Shown here piece after piece: positions 63,684 through 64,000 of a stretch of 64,000 nt of DNA. Source of the stretch: a bacterium. GTDB taxonomy: Bacteria > Patescibacteriota > Minisyncoccia > Phycocordibacterales > UBA6899. Where the stretch lies: positions 101,467-165,466 of the forward strand of contig JAYUQG010000019.1 in the NCBI GenBank assembly GCA_043756865.1. Reading direction: 5' to 3'. The notes under the pieces were generated by a model. The model saw only the letters and a list, made by a program, of their open reading frames with translations, had not been told where the DNA came from and did no database searches. The position numbers were made by a program, and so were the translations under genes. Numbering within the stretch: the stretch's first letter is position 1; each line of letters opens with the position of its first letter.

Positions 63684-64000
63684 ATGACCACAGCAACGAA
63701 ACCAAAGGTAGCAAAGAAAGGTGATGTGTACATGGAAGCAGTAGGCCGCAGAAAAACGGCGATTGCACGTGTGCGAGCTTCTATTGCAACAAAAAACTCT
63801 GTCACTGTTAACGATCGCACCATCGAAGTGTATTTTGGTACACGTGAACTCCGCGCAATTGTCATGGCGCCCTTGGATCGCGAGGGCTTTCCTGGAAAGT
63901 ATTCCATCTCTGCAAAGGTCTCAGGAGGAGGTGTGCATGCACAGGCAGAAGCTATCCGTCACGGTCTCTCACGTATTCTCGTAAAAGAAGATGCGCTCCA
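63684..64000 (+). CDS. rpsI: 30S ribosomal protein S9, 3' partial at the window edge
   Basis: YMEAVGRRKTAIARVRA...YFGTRELRAIVMAPL...ISAKVSGGGVHAQAEAIRHGLSRIL. Confidence 0.9.
   Translation, partial: MTTATKPKVAKKGDVYMEAVGRRKTAIARVRASIATKNSVTVNDRTIEVYFGTRELRAIVMAPLDREGFPGKYSISAKVSGGGVHAQAEAIRHGLSRILVKEDAL

Noticed and set aside
1-64000. Possible alternative genetic code (UGA as Gly, as in some CPR lineages)
   Set aside because: Long conserved genes such as leuS, pyk, metK and alaS are uninterrupted under the standard code, and TGA is used as a terminator, for example at 48305.

Overview
Single-contig window from a bacterium using the standard genetic code. Long housekeeping ORFs are intact and TGA/TAA act as stops. 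Gene content suggests a small-genome Patescibacteria/CPR-like organism, though this is an inference. The evidence is a compact 617-aa AlaRS, many secreted or membrane proteins with PG_binding_1 domains, DUF3494-type surface proteins next to a sortase, and many short hypothetical membrane proteins. No rRNA, tRNA, CRISPR, transposase or integrase genes were found. Recognisable core genes are metK (with an upstream SAM-I riboswitch), a PIN-PhoH ATPase, the ybbP/ybbA ABC pair divergent from a tesA-like GDSL esterase, pyk, ychF, leuS, mltG, murC, a DnaQ-like exonuclease, mnmA, an FKBP PPIase, MgtC, galU, a PLD-family protein, pyrH, tsaC/yrdC, alaS, and the ribosomal cluster infA-rpmJ-rpsM-rpsK-rpsD-rpoA-rplQ followed by rplM-rpsI. 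Items worth a second look: (1) an ECF sigma factor cotranscribed with a cytoplasmic PAS/coiled-coil protein carrying about 10 tandem 63-bp coding repeats, a soluble PAS histidine kinase and two stand-alone CheY receivers, with a paralogous HK-RR-RR module elsewhere; (2) LeuS with a complete Nudix-box domain inserted between the editing domain and the KMSKS region; (3) a surface module of two DUF3494 proteins, one ending in LPNTG, and a sortase fused to a peptidoglycan-binding domain; (4) a roughly 110-nt intergenic element present in two diverged copies; (5) two roughly 180-bp elements bounded by 20-26-bp inverted repeats that both begin GGGCTC, and a direct duplication of the metK 3' end; (6) a 35-codon hydrophobic ORF with a near-consensus extended -10 promoter whose -35 sits inside a perfect 9-bp inverted repeat; (7) two paralogous secreted proteins sharing an 8-cysteine C-terminal module. 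All coordinates derived by counting along the printed sequence may be off by 1-2 nt.
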